Source: a virus. From it: 64,000 nt of DNA. The translations under genes and the position numbers were made by a program. The notes below the pieces were generated by a model. That model ran no database searches, was not told where the DNA came from, and was given only the letters and a program-made list of their open reading frames with translations. The first letter of the stretch is position 1. Each line of letters starts with the position of its first letter. Of this stretch, positions 45,569 through 55,766 are shown in pieces. The DNA lies in the IMG/VR virus record IMGVR_UViG_3300021961_000026, positions 64,001 to 128,000 of that record; one strand, 5' to 3'.

Positions 45569-48217
45569 ATGGATACATATCTTCCAGGAGTAATAAATAG
45601 CTTAAGGACAGGTTCTAGGTCTTTTGTTTCTACTGTTTTAAAAAATGTCAAGGCTGATAAATCAGAGATATCATCTCTTATATCTGGCATAAGAGATTTT
45701 CAAATTAACAACTATTATGATCCAGGTTTAATAAGTCAGCTTTCCCCTCTCAATAAAGAGTACTTCATTAATGCATTCAGGGACGCCGATATCAGAGTAA
45801 AAAACTACTTCAGCGTTGCCAATACAGTTGGACTTATTATAAATTCAATGATAGATGTTTTTTCTGCTGAGATAGATAAAGTAGAGAAAGATATAGAACA
45901 GTTAGAAGATTTTATAAATAATTATGAATATATCTCTGGCAAAGATGATTTGTACAATTCTAATTACTTTGAAAAGTTTGACAATGCTCTCTACGATTAT
46001 AGATCTGATGGACTATCATTTAATCTTGTAGATAGAGATAACTTAAACTTTGATCAAAATGGAAATGGATTTGTTGATACAAAATCTGGTTTATTTAAAA
46101 TTGGAAACAAATCAACAACAAAAAACTTTTCAGGCAACATAGAATCTATAAATCTTAAATCAAATTATTATTTAATGAATTATAGCGACTCTGGTTTTGA
46201 GTCAGTTTTTACTGAAACCCTTTTTGATTCTTGGGCGGTATCAGTAAAATCTCCTACAGTGTTAAACACTTCTCTTTCGGAATTATCTAAATATTGCAAC
46301 TATGACTCTTCTGCGATCAAAGGTGCTCAGACGTATGTGGAGATAAATTTTTCTTCTCCTCAATTGATTGACACTTTGTATATAACCCCAAATTACTCAA
46401 ATGGATTACAACTTCTTCAGGTAGTTCTGTTTAATAATTCAGACCAAATGGTAGAGACTGTTCAGTCAATTTCTTCTTCTAATATAAATAGAATAAGTTT
46501 AAATTCAAATAATAGAGGATTTATTCCAGTTCTGTCATCTCCAAAAATAATTGACTCTGTTTCAGAAATTGTTTTTGAAGAATCTGTGGTCAAAAAAGTT
46601 ATACTGATATTTAATCAATCTCTTTATAAAAAAACAGAAACCGTAACAAATGATACTGAATTAGTTTCCAGAAAAATATATGAAATTATAAAAGATTTAA
46701 GAAATAAAAGAAAAAATAATACAGACAAACTACAAGATTTAGTTTACAGTATGTTTTTAAAGAACAGTTCTATTAAAGAGTTTTTAAAAAACAAGGATTA
46801 TATTACCAACTATTATTCCTATAGGTATCCATGTATAGGCGACTCGTCTAATGCTCCAATATATTCAAGAAGTCTTCTTGAAGATCTTAAAGAAATGGGA
46901 ACATTAGACAACTTTAACTCATCTATTATTTCAAATATATTTCAAAACTTTATGTCTCATGTTATCGATCAACAAGGCGAAATATTTGATCAAAGCACAT
47001 ATATAGAATCCTCTTTATCAAAAGGAAGTTTATTTAACTTTAGATCAGTTGGCCTTCTTCCTATTAAATCTTCTAATATTTTTAATTCACCCAAAGTTCA
47101 ATCTTCTAGCGCAGAGATGATATCTAGATCTAACCAATCATATATTTTAGATCTTTTATCAGAAGAAGAGCAAGATCAATACGAGTATAGCTTTTCCTTA
47201 AAGTCTATAGAGTTTGCCTCGGTAGAAAGAAATAAATCAAACAAAGCGTGTTTTGTGAGTAGGAAAATTCCAGTTAATGGTCATCCGCAAGCAGTAAAAG
47301 TTAAGCTTCTTAAAGATAAATCTAATTTAGATCTTTCAAATCATAGTTATGATTTAAAAGAGTCAACATCTTATGAATTATCAATATCAACAGCTGAAAT
47401 ACCTGATGAGGAAAATGATTGGATACCATTAGTGTCTCATGGTGAAACTTCTGTTTCTTCAGAAGTTCTATTTATAGATATCAATAGCAAAATGGCTACA
47501 ACAAGATTTTCATTTAGGGAAAATTCACTATCAATATACGAGAATGGATTGCTTTTAGATCCAAGTTTGTATTCGGTAGCTGCAAGGACAATAAAGTTTG
47601 GTTCACAAATACAGCTAAAGCCCAATTCAATTTACACTGTTTCATATGAACTTAATTCTGAAATATATAACTATGGATTAGTTGATTTTGTTTCAAGTGG
47701 AATATTTCAAGAGTCAACAAAACCTGCAGTAAGTTCTGATGGTTCAGGGGAATTATTTAGCTCAACAGATTTAACAAATAGGGTTGTAATTCAAAACATT
47801 CCTTATGTAAACACATCATTTGTATCCAATGCAACATATAGCTCTTTAGTTGGAACTGTATTTTATGGTTCTGGATCTGGTTATAATCCAGTAAAAATTC
47901 TTCTTAGCGATGGTTCATATGCAGTAAATTTAACAAACTATACCGAAAGTTCGGATTCCCCCGACTTTTCTTTGAAACCATCAGGAGTCTATTTCATACA
48001 AAATGGAAAAGAGATTATATTTAACCAATATATATCTAGCCCATTTAGGGTTATTTATGAGTATGTGCCAAGCTCTTTAAGATTTAGACTAATTATGAGA
48101 AAGAATATTCCTAATATAAATTATACTTGTTCAGCGGATTCTATTTTAGTTAAATGCAAAACAAAAATATACGATCCATTCTATGATAAGTTAACAAAAG
48201 TTATTATAAAAAAATAG
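45569..48217 (+). CDS. Virion structural protein (baseplate or fibre-associated)
   Basis: N-terminal coiled coil followed by beta-rich domains; shares features with the following genes. Confidence 0.55.
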   Translation: MDTYLPGVINSLRTGSRSFVSTVLKNVKADKSEISSLISGIRDFQINNYYDPGLISQLSPLNKEYFINAFRDADIRVKNYFSVANTVGLIINSMIDVFSAEIDKVEKDIEQLEDFINNYEYISGKDDLYNSNYFEKFDNALYDYRSDGLSFNLVDRDNLNFDQNGNGFVDTKSGLFKIGNKSTTKNFSGNIESINLKSNYYLMNYSDSGFESVFTETLFDSWAVSVKSPTVLNTSLSELSKYCNYDSSAIKGAQTYVEINFSSPQLIDTLYITPNYSNGLQLLQVVLFNNSDQMVETVQSISSSNINRISLNSNNRGFIPVLSSPKIIDSVSEIVFEESVVKKVILIFNQSLYKKTETVTNDTELVSRKIYEIIKDLRNKRKNNTDKLQDLVYSMFLKNSSIKEFLKNKDYITNYYSYRYPCIGDSSNAPIYSRSLLEDLKEMGTLDNFNSSIISNIFQNFMSHVIDQQGEIFDQSTYIESSLSKGSLFNFRSVGLLPIKSSNIFNSPKVQSSSAEMISRSNQSYILDLLSEEEQDQYEYSFSLKSIEFASVERNKSNKACFVSRKIPVNGHPQAVKVKLLKDKSNLDLSNHSYDLKESTSYELSISTAEIPDEENDWIPLVSHGETSVSSEVLFIDINSKMATTRFSFRENSLSIYENGLLLDPSLYSVAARTIKFGSQIQLKPNSIYTVSYELNSEIYNYGLVDFVSSGIFQESTKPAVSSDGSGELFSSTDLTNRVVIQNIPYVNTSFVSNATYSSLVGTVFYGSGSGYNPVKILLSDGSYAVNLTNYTESSDSPDFSLKPSGVYFIQNGKEIIFNQYISSPFRVIYEYVPSSLRFRLIMRKNIPNINYTCSADSILVKCKTKIYDPFYDKLTKVIIKK

Positions 48218-48224
48218 GTAAATT

Positions 48225-50081
48225 ATGACACAATTATCACCATATACTTTAGCTTATGATCAAATAGCTAAATCAGTAGCTGATTTAGTGGAAAAATGGT
48301 CAAAGGGAGATTTTGTTACAAAACAAGATATTATTAATGATTTCAATAAATCTTTAAATGAATTGTATGAAAAAATTGGTTCAGCTAAAACAGATGTAGA
48401 GCAATTTATAAAGGGAGAACCACCTTCATCTCGTAAGATAAATTTATTTCTTTCTAATCTCAAGCAAGATATTAACAACGCCGCAAAGCAACTAGACTTC
48501 TTGAGTTCAAAAACTGTTAATGTTTACAACCTGTTTAATGCAGAGGTAGAATCAGAAAAAAAATATATTAACAGAATTACTTCTAAAGCAAAAGTTCTTC
48601 AGATGTATTCTCAAAGTCCGGCAGATGATATAGTCTATATAGGTGACTCATTTGATAATTATGATTACATAGACGAAACAAAGTATTTAGTTGATAGGAT
48701 TCCATTTATATCAAATGGAAGCATGTCTCTTCAATCTAAGAGCGCTGCAACATGGCAAGGTTCAAGAATAGAAGTTTTAGATTCTAATGGGTTTATAGGA
48801 AATAATCACGTAGTAATTAAAGGAACTTCCTCAGTTTCCTCAAATGGCTATAGATATGTTTTTGAAGAAAGCCCATCAATTGGTAATAAAAATAATATTG
48901 TTGACAATAATCCTTTAACGTATTTTGAATACGAAGCTTTAGCTGTGGAAAAGCCAACTTCAGAAGTTGGATACTCAGAAAAAGAATTCTGCTACATCAG
49001 AGATGTCGACGGCTCTTTGGTAAATTGGGCAAGTCATGACATAACTAAGCCATTAAAGTTGCAAGTTAAAGTTTTTTCTGGAACTGCACAAAAGTGCAAT
49101 AGTATAACTATTATGCCTTATTTTGGTTCATCAAAAGTTATAAAGGTAAGCAGCATTTTATTGACAAGAGCAGATGGAACTGACTTTGAGGTTTTAAAGA
49201 AACCAATATATATTGGAGTTTCTCCGGAAAATATATCAACTCAGTCATTTAATAGTTACTTTTTAAATAAAGCTGTAGTTTCATTTCAAGAAACAGAAGC
49301 AATTAATGCAACTATAACAATGGAGCAAGATCAGCATCAAGAAGTTGAAATACAACACTGTTACTGGGTAACTGATTATACCGAAGCAACAAAAGATGAT
49401 AGCCCATTTTACACTTCAGTATCAAAATCTTATAGATTCAATCCAACCAGTATAAGTGAAGCTCTTTATAAGGAAGTAAAATACAACGAGTCCTTAATAA
49501 GGCCAAAACTATCTAACCCAAATGCATTTAAAGTTAAAGATGCAATAAGGCAAGTTATTCCTGTCACAATAGTGACTAAGGGAAGCAATCCAGTATCTAA
49601 AAACTATAATATTCCAATAAAAATGGAAAAGAAAATCCTAAAGGCTAAAAGAATGGCAATAGGTATTAGGGATATATCACTGGAATATCATCAGTATATA
49701 AATTCTGGCCAGATAATATCAAGACCGTTTGAATTTGATTTGCCAGTTGAGTCATTAATTCTTAATATGGAGTCAGATTTACAGAGTCTGTCTGATACTT
49801 CTGCGTCTATTAACTCATACGTTTCTGTTGATGAAGGAAAAAATTGGCTAAGAATATCTCCGATTCAATCTGGTTATGCAGGTGGAGATGAAGTTTTAGC
49901 TTTTAATCAAAATGTTCCTACTGGATATAAACTTCCTGGCGTAACATACTATTCTTTTCCAGAAGTTCCTAAAGAAATAAAAAGTGTCTTGGTTAAATTA
50001 GAAATGTCTAAAAATCAAGATATAAATACAACACCTACAATACATTCTTATACTCTTGGAGCAAAGGTTAAAAAATCGTGA
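48225..50081 (+). CDS. Virion structural protein
   Basis: Coiled coil plus beta domains; IGIRDI...G.IISRPF and TPTIHSY.L resemble neighbouring genes. Confidence 0.55.
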   Translation: MTQLSPYTLAYDQIAKSVADLVEKWSKGDFVTKQDIINDFNKSLNELYEKIGSAKTDVEQFIKGEPPSSRKINLFLSNLKQDINNAAKQLDFLSSKTVNVYNLFNAEVESEKKYINRITSKAKVLQMYSQSPADDIVYIGDSFDNYDYIDETKYLVDRIPFISNGSMSLQSKSAATWQGSRIEVLDSNGFIGNNHVVIKGTSSVSSNGYRYVFEESPSIGNKNNIVDNNPLTYFEYEALAVEKPTSEVGYSEKEFCYIRDVDGSLVNWASHDITKPLKLQVKVFSGTAQKCNSITIMPYFGSSKVIKVSSILLTRADGTDFEVLKKPIYIGVSPENISTQSFNSYFLNKAVVSFQETEAINATITMEQDQHQEVEIQHCYWVTDYTEATKDDSPFYTSVSKSYRFNPTSISEALYKEVKYNESLIRPKLSNPNAFKVKDAIRQVIPVTIVTKGSNPVSKNYNIPIKMEKKILKAKRMAIGIRDISLEYHQYINSGQIISRPFEFDLPVESLILNMESDLQSLSDTSASINSYVSVDEGKNWLRISPIQSGYAGGDEVLAFNQNVPTGYKLPGVTYYSFPEVPKEIKSVLVKLEMSKNQDINTTPTIHSYTLGAKVKKS

Positions 50082-52207
50082 ATATATCTACAATACAAAA
50101 AACTCGTTTGCTTGAAAATCTGTATAAGATATTTCATACTTCAGGAGTTATGCCAGATGATCAACAGATTAGAAAGGCATTTAATGACTATTTTACAGTT
50201 AATAAAGCGGGATTCCCACTTAGAGTAGATACAGATATACTTAGGAGTATATCGGTAACTGACGTAGATGTTTTGAATTCTATAATGGCTAATTCAGTTT
50301 TTAATGTTGATATTATTTTTGATTCCATTTTTCAAAATAATGATCAATTAATGGGAACTATCAATGCATTAAATAAAAAATTGGAAAATTTAAAAAAAAG
50401 AAGAATAGAACTAGAGTCTAAGGTAGATGACTTATTATTTTCTAATAATAATTCAGACGGTTTCTTTTATTCTATAACAGAAAACTTTGCATCCCTTAAT
50501 AAATCAGATCTAGATTTTAGCAATGTATATATAAATACTAGTAAAAAGAACGTTGAATTACCATCATTAACATCAGCTAATTACAACAACTTAACTGTAA
50601 ACAATATAGTATCTGCAAGCGCGAATGCATCACTGTCAGTTAACGGATCCATACTACCTGTTAGCATGGATTTATCTTTGTTTAACAATATATTTGATGG
50701 ACTTACAGATACTTATTGGGACTATGAATATAATTCTGCAGAGATTAATTCTTTTTCTTTAAGCATTAGAATACCTTTAAATAGCAATATAGTTATATCT
50801 AAAGTTCAAGGAGTGGTTTCTACTACATCTCCAGTTAACATATACGTTATAGCTAATTATTCCGATACAACTAAGCAGTCTGAAATTAGGACAGTGGATT
50901 CAAGACAGGATTACGGAACATTTACTGCCTCACTTCCTGCTGACAGCTATTCATCTATAGATCTAATTATGTCTAAGATAGAGCCGGATGCTGTAGTTGC
51001 AGGATCAAATAATCCTTATAAATATAAATTCGGTTTAAGAGAATTGATGATAGGATCAAAATACTATGACAAGAACGCAGTTTTTGTATCAGAACCACAC
51101 TCGATACCAAGCACAGACAATTCTACAATATTTATTGATTCCGTTTCTATAGACGTACAAGACCAAGCTGTAAGTGGAACGGAAATTAAATATTATGTAG
51201 CTCAAGACGTTCCATCAGCTACAAGTATTTCAGACTTTAATTGGATTCCAATATCTCCACAGGGATCTGAGTCAGCAGGATTTTCTTCCATTGTTTCTTT
51301 TGAGGGTTCTACAAGAGAAAATATTTTAATTAAATCAGAACCATCAGCTTCAGATCTGCAGCTTACCCCATTAAGTGCTACATCAAAAAATGCAGACGAG
51401 ATTAATCCGTCATCTACCTTGTACACTGGAAAAACAGTATACAAGGTAGCTACTTTGAACAGATCTACAGACTATATCAATCCATCATTGTATGGAAATG
51501 TGGATTCATTTAAGCACTATTATTACATTATGCAGGATACAACAGTTCAAAAATATAAGGATCTTTCATTCTGGTCAACAGAAATTCAACAGAATAAACC
51601 AAATATTTTATCCTCTACCCTAAAAGAACAATTGGGATCAATATATCCAGGGATAACATCTCCCTCAAGCGGATACGTGCAGTCAAAGCTGCTTTGTAAC
51701 TCAGCTCAAAGAGTAATATATACAGTTAATAAAATTAATTATAATTTTAACCTCGCCATATATTTAAATGGAGAGTTGATAGCAGACCTTCCAAATGGTG
51801 TTGTATCTAAAAGTATAGAGTGGAATTTTGTTGAAGGTATAAATAACATAATAATAACCTATGACAAGCCATATAATGGCGTAGCTTCATTTTCACTAAT
51901 GGAAGGAACCAGCTTATCAAAGTTTGGTTCTATATTTGTAGACTATTTTTATTACCTAGATCCTTTTGATTTTGCAAATAAAGAGATAGATAAAGAAAAT
52001 TATTTTACAGTTGATACTATATTTGGAATTAAACAAATATTTTCATCACAAAAATTAGAAGGAACTTGTCGATTTGGTTATACGGCAAAAACAGCAAGAT
52101 CTGTCGAATCCATAAGATTCAGAGCAGATTTGGGTAGGTATGAGAATCCATATTCAACTCCAGTTTTGCAATCTTATAGAATAAAATTTAAGCATTCCAG
52201 TATCTAG
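50078..52207 (+). CDS. Virion structural protein
   Basis: GTGA overlap with the previous gene. Coiled coil, discoidin-like NIFDGLTDTYW, YKFGLREL and TPVLQSY.I. Confidence 0.55.
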   Translation: MNISTIQKTRLLENLYKIFHTSGVMPDDQQIRKAFNDYFTVNKAGFPLRVDTDILRSISVTDVDVLNSIMANSVFNVDIIFDSIFQNNDQLMGTINALNKKLENLKKRRIELESKVDDLLFSNNNSDGFFYSITENFASLNKSDLDFSNVYINTSKKNVELPSLTSANYNNLTVNNIVSASANASLSVNGSILPVSMDLSLFNNIFDGLTDTYWDYEYNSAEINSFSLSIRIPLNSNIVISKVQGVVSTTSPVNIYVIANYSDTTKQSEIRTVDSRQDYGTFTASLPADSYSSIDLIMSKIEPDAVVAGSNNPYKYKFGLRELMIGSKYYDKNAVFVSEPHSIPSTDNSTIFIDSVSIDVQDQAVSGTEIKYYVAQDVPSATSISDFNWIPISPQGSESAGFSSIVSFEGSTRENILIKSEPSASDLQLTPLSATSKNADEINPSSTLYTGKTVYKVATLNRSTDYINPSLYGNVDSFKHYYYIMQDTTVQKYKDLSFWSTEIQQNKPNILSSTLKEQLGSIYPGITSPSSGYVQSKLLCNSAQRVIYTVNKINYNFNLAIYLNGELIADLPNGVVSKSIEWNFVEGINNIIITYDKPYNGVASFSLMEGTSLSKFGSIFVDYFYYLDPFDFANKEIDKENYFTVDTIFGIKQIFSSQKLEGTCRFGYTAKTARSVESIRFRADLGRYENPYSTPVLQSYRIKFKHSSI

Positions 52208-52247
52208 TCTATGTGGACAGTACTAATATATAGAAGGTGATTTTTAC

Positions 52248-52655
52248 ATGGGAATAACTTTTTCCAAAAAGTCTAATAGAAGAAGAATAGTAGAGCCTTT
52301 ATTTAATAGATCTAGACAAAAGTATAGGGCTTCTAGAGTAAGCTCATCTGAGATTCTGGAAATGAATTCTTTAATATTAGATCTAGAAAGAATTACAATA
52401 GAACTAGATGAAATAGATGCTTCCGTACTTGCTCAAAGCTACGCTTTAAGCGGAAACATTAAGTCTATATCTTTAGCAGATAAATTGAATGATGGACCTG
52501 ACTATGATATTGATGGAATTGAAATCAATATAGATGATCCTAGCACTTCTTACGGATCTTCAATACAGAATCTATCAATAAAAAATAACAATATATTGTC
52601 AGCAAGACTTTCAAGAATTGAAAATAAAATAAAGAGACTAGAAAACGGATTATAA
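52248..52655 (+). CDS. Hypothetical (likely virion) coiled-coil protein
   Basis: AAGGTG RBS; fills the gap in the structural module. Confidence 0.55.
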   Translation: MGITFSKKSNRRRIVEPLFNRSRQKYRASRVSSSEILEMNSLILDLERITIELDEIDASVLAQSYALSGNIKSISLADKLNDGPDYDIDGIEINIDDPSTSYGSSIQNLSIKNNNILSARLSRIENKIKRLENGL

Positions 52656-52656
52656 A

Positions 52657-53919
52657 ATGTCAGAAATTATTAGAACACAAAAAAGAGACATTCGATATAA
52701 TGGCATTGTTGATAGCGCAGACTATAATGCCAGAATTGAAGAAAATTATCAAGATCTTGTAACGCTTTACAATAAAGCAAATACACTAGAATCAAAACTA
52801 CAGCAGGCTTTTGAAAGAGTTATTAAAGATCACGCATTCCTATCCAATGCCGTGCAAGATCTAGAGGATCGCTTAGCTGCCTTAGAGGCAAATGATTCTG
52901 TCTTATCTCTTTATAGTGCAACTCAGATAGATTACGCAACGTTTTTATCTACGGCATACACTATTTCTTCAACTGACCTTCTTAGCTTTGATCCATACTA
53001 TAACACTATAAGTTTACCGATTGTTTCTGGTTCATCAACCTCAAAGGTCAAGTTTTACAATCCAACAACAGGTCAAGTTGTTCCTGATTTCTTTAAAACT
53101 TCAATAGACAATTCTTATTCTGGAGTTGATTCAAGTGGATCCGTAGTTGATACCACTCCAACATACTACGCAATATTAGATGATCCAAATAAGATATGGA
53201 AAAGAAACATTGTCTCCAATACGGCTAACAATGCCGGAGCACAAATGATGTTTTACGTAAAAATTCCAACAGAATATACTGGCTCAAACAAGACTAATTG
53301 CATAAAGTTCAATCCATATCCAATGAGATCCGTAGATATATTTTCTATAGAATATACTACTAATTCAAATCCAAATCTTATCGAGTCAGATGGTTGGTAT
53401 GACTTGAACGTTGATGGTCTATATAATGGGCAGACTGCTGCTATAGGCAAGGTTCCACCTGGTGGATGGGCCACTGCAGGTTCGGATAAAATATCAAATT
53501 CTGGACCATTATGTTTTTATTTTGGTGATCTAGAAATCACTGCAATTAGAATAAAAATGAATCAAAGAAATTACTTTAAAGAATTGAATAGATATATATA
53601 TAGCTATGGATTATCGGATCTTGATATTAGATATGATAAATTTTTGACTACTGGCAAGACTATTGTTAAGTTTGATGCACCAAGTGGTAAGTTAATATCG
53701 GAAGTAACAAACGTTACCCCATACATATATAATGTGCCTCCAAGTCTACTATCTACAGCATTTAGCTATAGGGTTATTTATGAGGACGGTGGATCCTACA
53801 CCCTTAGCAATCCAGGTTCATCAAGTTCTGTTTGGATTGAGGTCACATTGAATATGTTAGACGATAAAACTCCACCAGTTTTATCAGATTTAAAGGTAGA
53901 ATGCGATTTTATCGTATAA
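52657..53919 (+). CDS. Virion structural protein
   Basis: Coiled coil plus YSYGLSDLDI and TPPVLSDL, similar to 45569-52207. Confidence 0.55.
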   Translation: MSEIIRTQKRDIRYNGIVDSADYNARIEENYQDLVTLYNKANTLESKLQQAFERVIKDHAFLSNAVQDLEDRLAALEANDSVLSLYSATQIDYATFLSTAYTISSTDLLSFDPYYNTISLPIVSGSSTSKVKFYNPTTGQVVPDFFKTSIDNSYSGVDSSGSVVDTTPTYYAILDDPNKIWKRNIVSNTANNAGAQMMFYVKIPTEYTGSNKTNCIKFNPYPMRSVDIFSIEYTTNSNPNLIESDGWYDLNVDGLYNGQTAAIGKVPPGGWATAGSDKISNSGPLCFYFGDLEITAIRIKMNQRNYFKELNRYIYSYGLSDLDIRYDKFLTTGKTIVKFDAPSGKLISEVTNVTPYIYNVPPSLLSTAFSYRVIYEDGGSYTLSNPGSSSSVWIEVTLNMLDDKTPPVLSDLKVECDFIV

Positions 53920-53985
53920 TTAAGATTACAATATAGGGATTACCCTTTTACTATTAAGACATACAAATCCACAAGGAGACTATAA

Positions 53986-54612
53986 ATGGCAACTTTTTAC
54001 GTTGGACCAAGACCAGTTCTAAAGGGTAGGTCAACCGCTGAGATGACCAATCCATATACCTCTATGACTGGCAAAGCTAAGGGTACTGGAACATATTCAT
54101 ACTACCCACTTTACAGCACCAGTCACGTCTTGGATGGTGCTCCAGACAATCATTTTGCTCCAGGTACTGGTCAGTTCCCTGGCAATAGATTTTTATCACA
54201 GCTTTTTAATGGAACTACACTTTATGTGCATCCACTTTCTGGCACTTTCCCCAATGGTAGTGCAACATACGATGGTGCAAGATTCCGTCCTCTAGAATTC
54301 AAGGGGCTCAGTGGTGCAGCTGCTTTCCCATCAGGGTATGGTCATGCAGATAGAGTTAGCGAATATAGTTACAATAACTATATCTTTGACGGTGTTACTT
54401 CTGCTAATGCGTTTGCAAATACAGGCCATGCAGCAAGAACAGAGGCTCAAGGCGCACCAGCTTCATTTGGTGTATTTAGACCAACTGAAGCACAAGGCGT
54501 AACTAGTGCCAAGGTTTTTACAGCTGGCTATGGTCAGGCAAATGTTACTAGTGATTATGGCAGAGAAAAAGTTAAAGAATGGTACGGTGTTCCGTCAGCA
54601 AAAGCTCTCTAA
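53986..54612 (+). CDS. Gly/Ala/Thr-rich hypothetical protein (possibly virion)
   Basis: Strong AAGGAG RBS. Confidence 0.6.
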   Translation: MATFYVGPRPVLKGRSTAEMTNPYTSMTGKAKGTGTYSYYPLYSTSHVLDGAPDNHFAPGTGQFPGNRFLSQLFNGTTLYVHPLSGTFPNGSATYDGARFRPLEFKGLSGAAAFPSGYGHADRVSEYSYNNYIFDGVTSANAFANTGHAARTEAQGAPASFGVFRPTEAQGVTSAKVFTAGYGQANVTSDYGREKVKEWYGVPSAKAL

Positions 54613-54880
54613 TATTTTATCCAATCCTATTAGTCTAGAAAAAGATAGTAGGAAGTCTGGACTAATAGGCTGGATCGGTCTCATAGGTATCATAGTTTTA
54701 TATGATGTTTATGCGATAAAAACTAAAAAGATCGAAACATTAACTAGATCTTTTTGGCGTCACACAGAACAGACAATTGGAAAAAATATATTTATAGGAG
54801 CGTGGTTAGGTTTAACTTTCCATCTTTTGTTGGAAAAGATGATTAGGAAAAAGTATCTGAGTAAGATAGGAAAATTTTAA
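54557..54880 (+). CDS. Small two-TM membrane protein
   Basis: Hydrophobic segments GLIGWIGLIGIIVLYDVYAI and IFIGAWLGLTFHLLL. Start is uncertain (ATG 54557 overlaps the previous gene). Confidence 0.6.
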   Translation: MAEKKLKNGTVFRQQKLSNILSNPISLEKDSRKSGLIGWIGLIGIIVLYDVYAIKTKKIETLTRSFWRHTEQTIGKNIFIGAWLGLTFHLLLEKMIRKKYLSKIGKF

Positions 54881-54919
54881 TCAGGAATAACACCTAGATA
54901 CAATTTGAGCTACTGGCTC

Positions 54920-54930
54920 TGTGATATAAT
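54920..54930 (+). promoter_or_regulatory. Putative sigma70-type -10 element (TATAAT 54925-30)
   Basis: Intergenic TATAAT at the boundary between the structural and metabolic modules. Similar elements occur at about 4341, 33469 and 62727. Confidence 0.5.
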
Positions 54931-54960
54931 TATCCCACAGTGTTAGTAGGCGGTAATCAC

Positions 54961-55002
54961 AAACATAGTTGTCCCGCCCGAAAGGGCGGGACTAATGTTT
55001 TT
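54961..55002 (+). terminator. GC-rich hairpin with GAAA loop and T-tract (terminator)
   Basis: GTCCCGCCC-GAAA-GGGCGGGAC, extended by AAACAT/ATGTTT and followed by TT. Confidence 0.8.
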
Positions 55003-55047
55003 ATTGCAGGCTTTTATGGGTTTAGATGGTTTTATAAGGGATTATAA

Positions 55048-55749
55048 ATGTCTTATCAAGATTTAGAAAAAGTAGTTAATGAACGAGTTATTTCAGTTGA
55101 AGTAGCGGAAAAATATCTCACCATTTTTCTTGGACCTCATGACTGGAAGAAAGCTTTATTAAAACTATGGGAGTCTTCAGGGGCTAAGAGAAAAGACGCA
55201 GAAGAACGAAAAGAGTTTGTAAAAAAATCCATAAGTTGTGCAGTACTTCTCAACTATACAGAAAAGAGTGCTATACCCAAACCACCCGATAATCTATTGT
55301 ATTGGTGTTCTGGATGGCTTCAGTTTAAAGAAAGAGATTGGTTTAAAATGTTTCAAGATCTCTTAAAAGAAGACATTAAAATCGCTGAGGATAGAAATAA
55401 AGCAATTATGTTAGGTATAATAGATCCAATTGATATATCTCCAGTTACTAGACAAGCATTTAATTGGCTTTACAATGCAGCAAAAGATAATGGATATGTA
55501 AATGAAGATAACGCAGATGAGTTAAAATCAAAGTTTTCCAATTTAGTTATGGCTTACGGTGGTGCAGTTGTTTGTAATATTTTTATGAATCACGAAAATG
55601 TTATAAAGAACATGTTCAACTGGAGAAGTGGATACTTTTTTGAAAGAGAAATACACAAAATATACACAACAGATCAAATACTTAAGATTAAAAATTTAGA
55701 GTTACAAAAAGCAAATCAAAATTACGTTAAAAAGATACAAGCAAAATAA
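55048..55749 (+). CDS. Hypothetical protein
   Basis: 233-aa ORF with an AAGGGA RBS. Confidence 0.7.
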   Translation: MSYQDLEKVVNERVISVEVAEKYLTIFLGPHDWKKALLKLWESSGAKRKDAEERKEFVKKSISCAVLLNYTEKSAIPKPPDNLLYWCSGWLQFKERDWFKMFQDLLKEDIKIAEDRNKAIMLGIIDPIDISPVTRQAFNWLYNAAKDNGYVNEDNADELKSKFSNLVMAYGGAVVCNIFMNHENVIKNMFNWRSGYFFEREIHKIYTTDQILKIKNLELQKANQNYVKKIQAK

Positions 55750-55766
55750 TTTACAAGGAGATAAAA

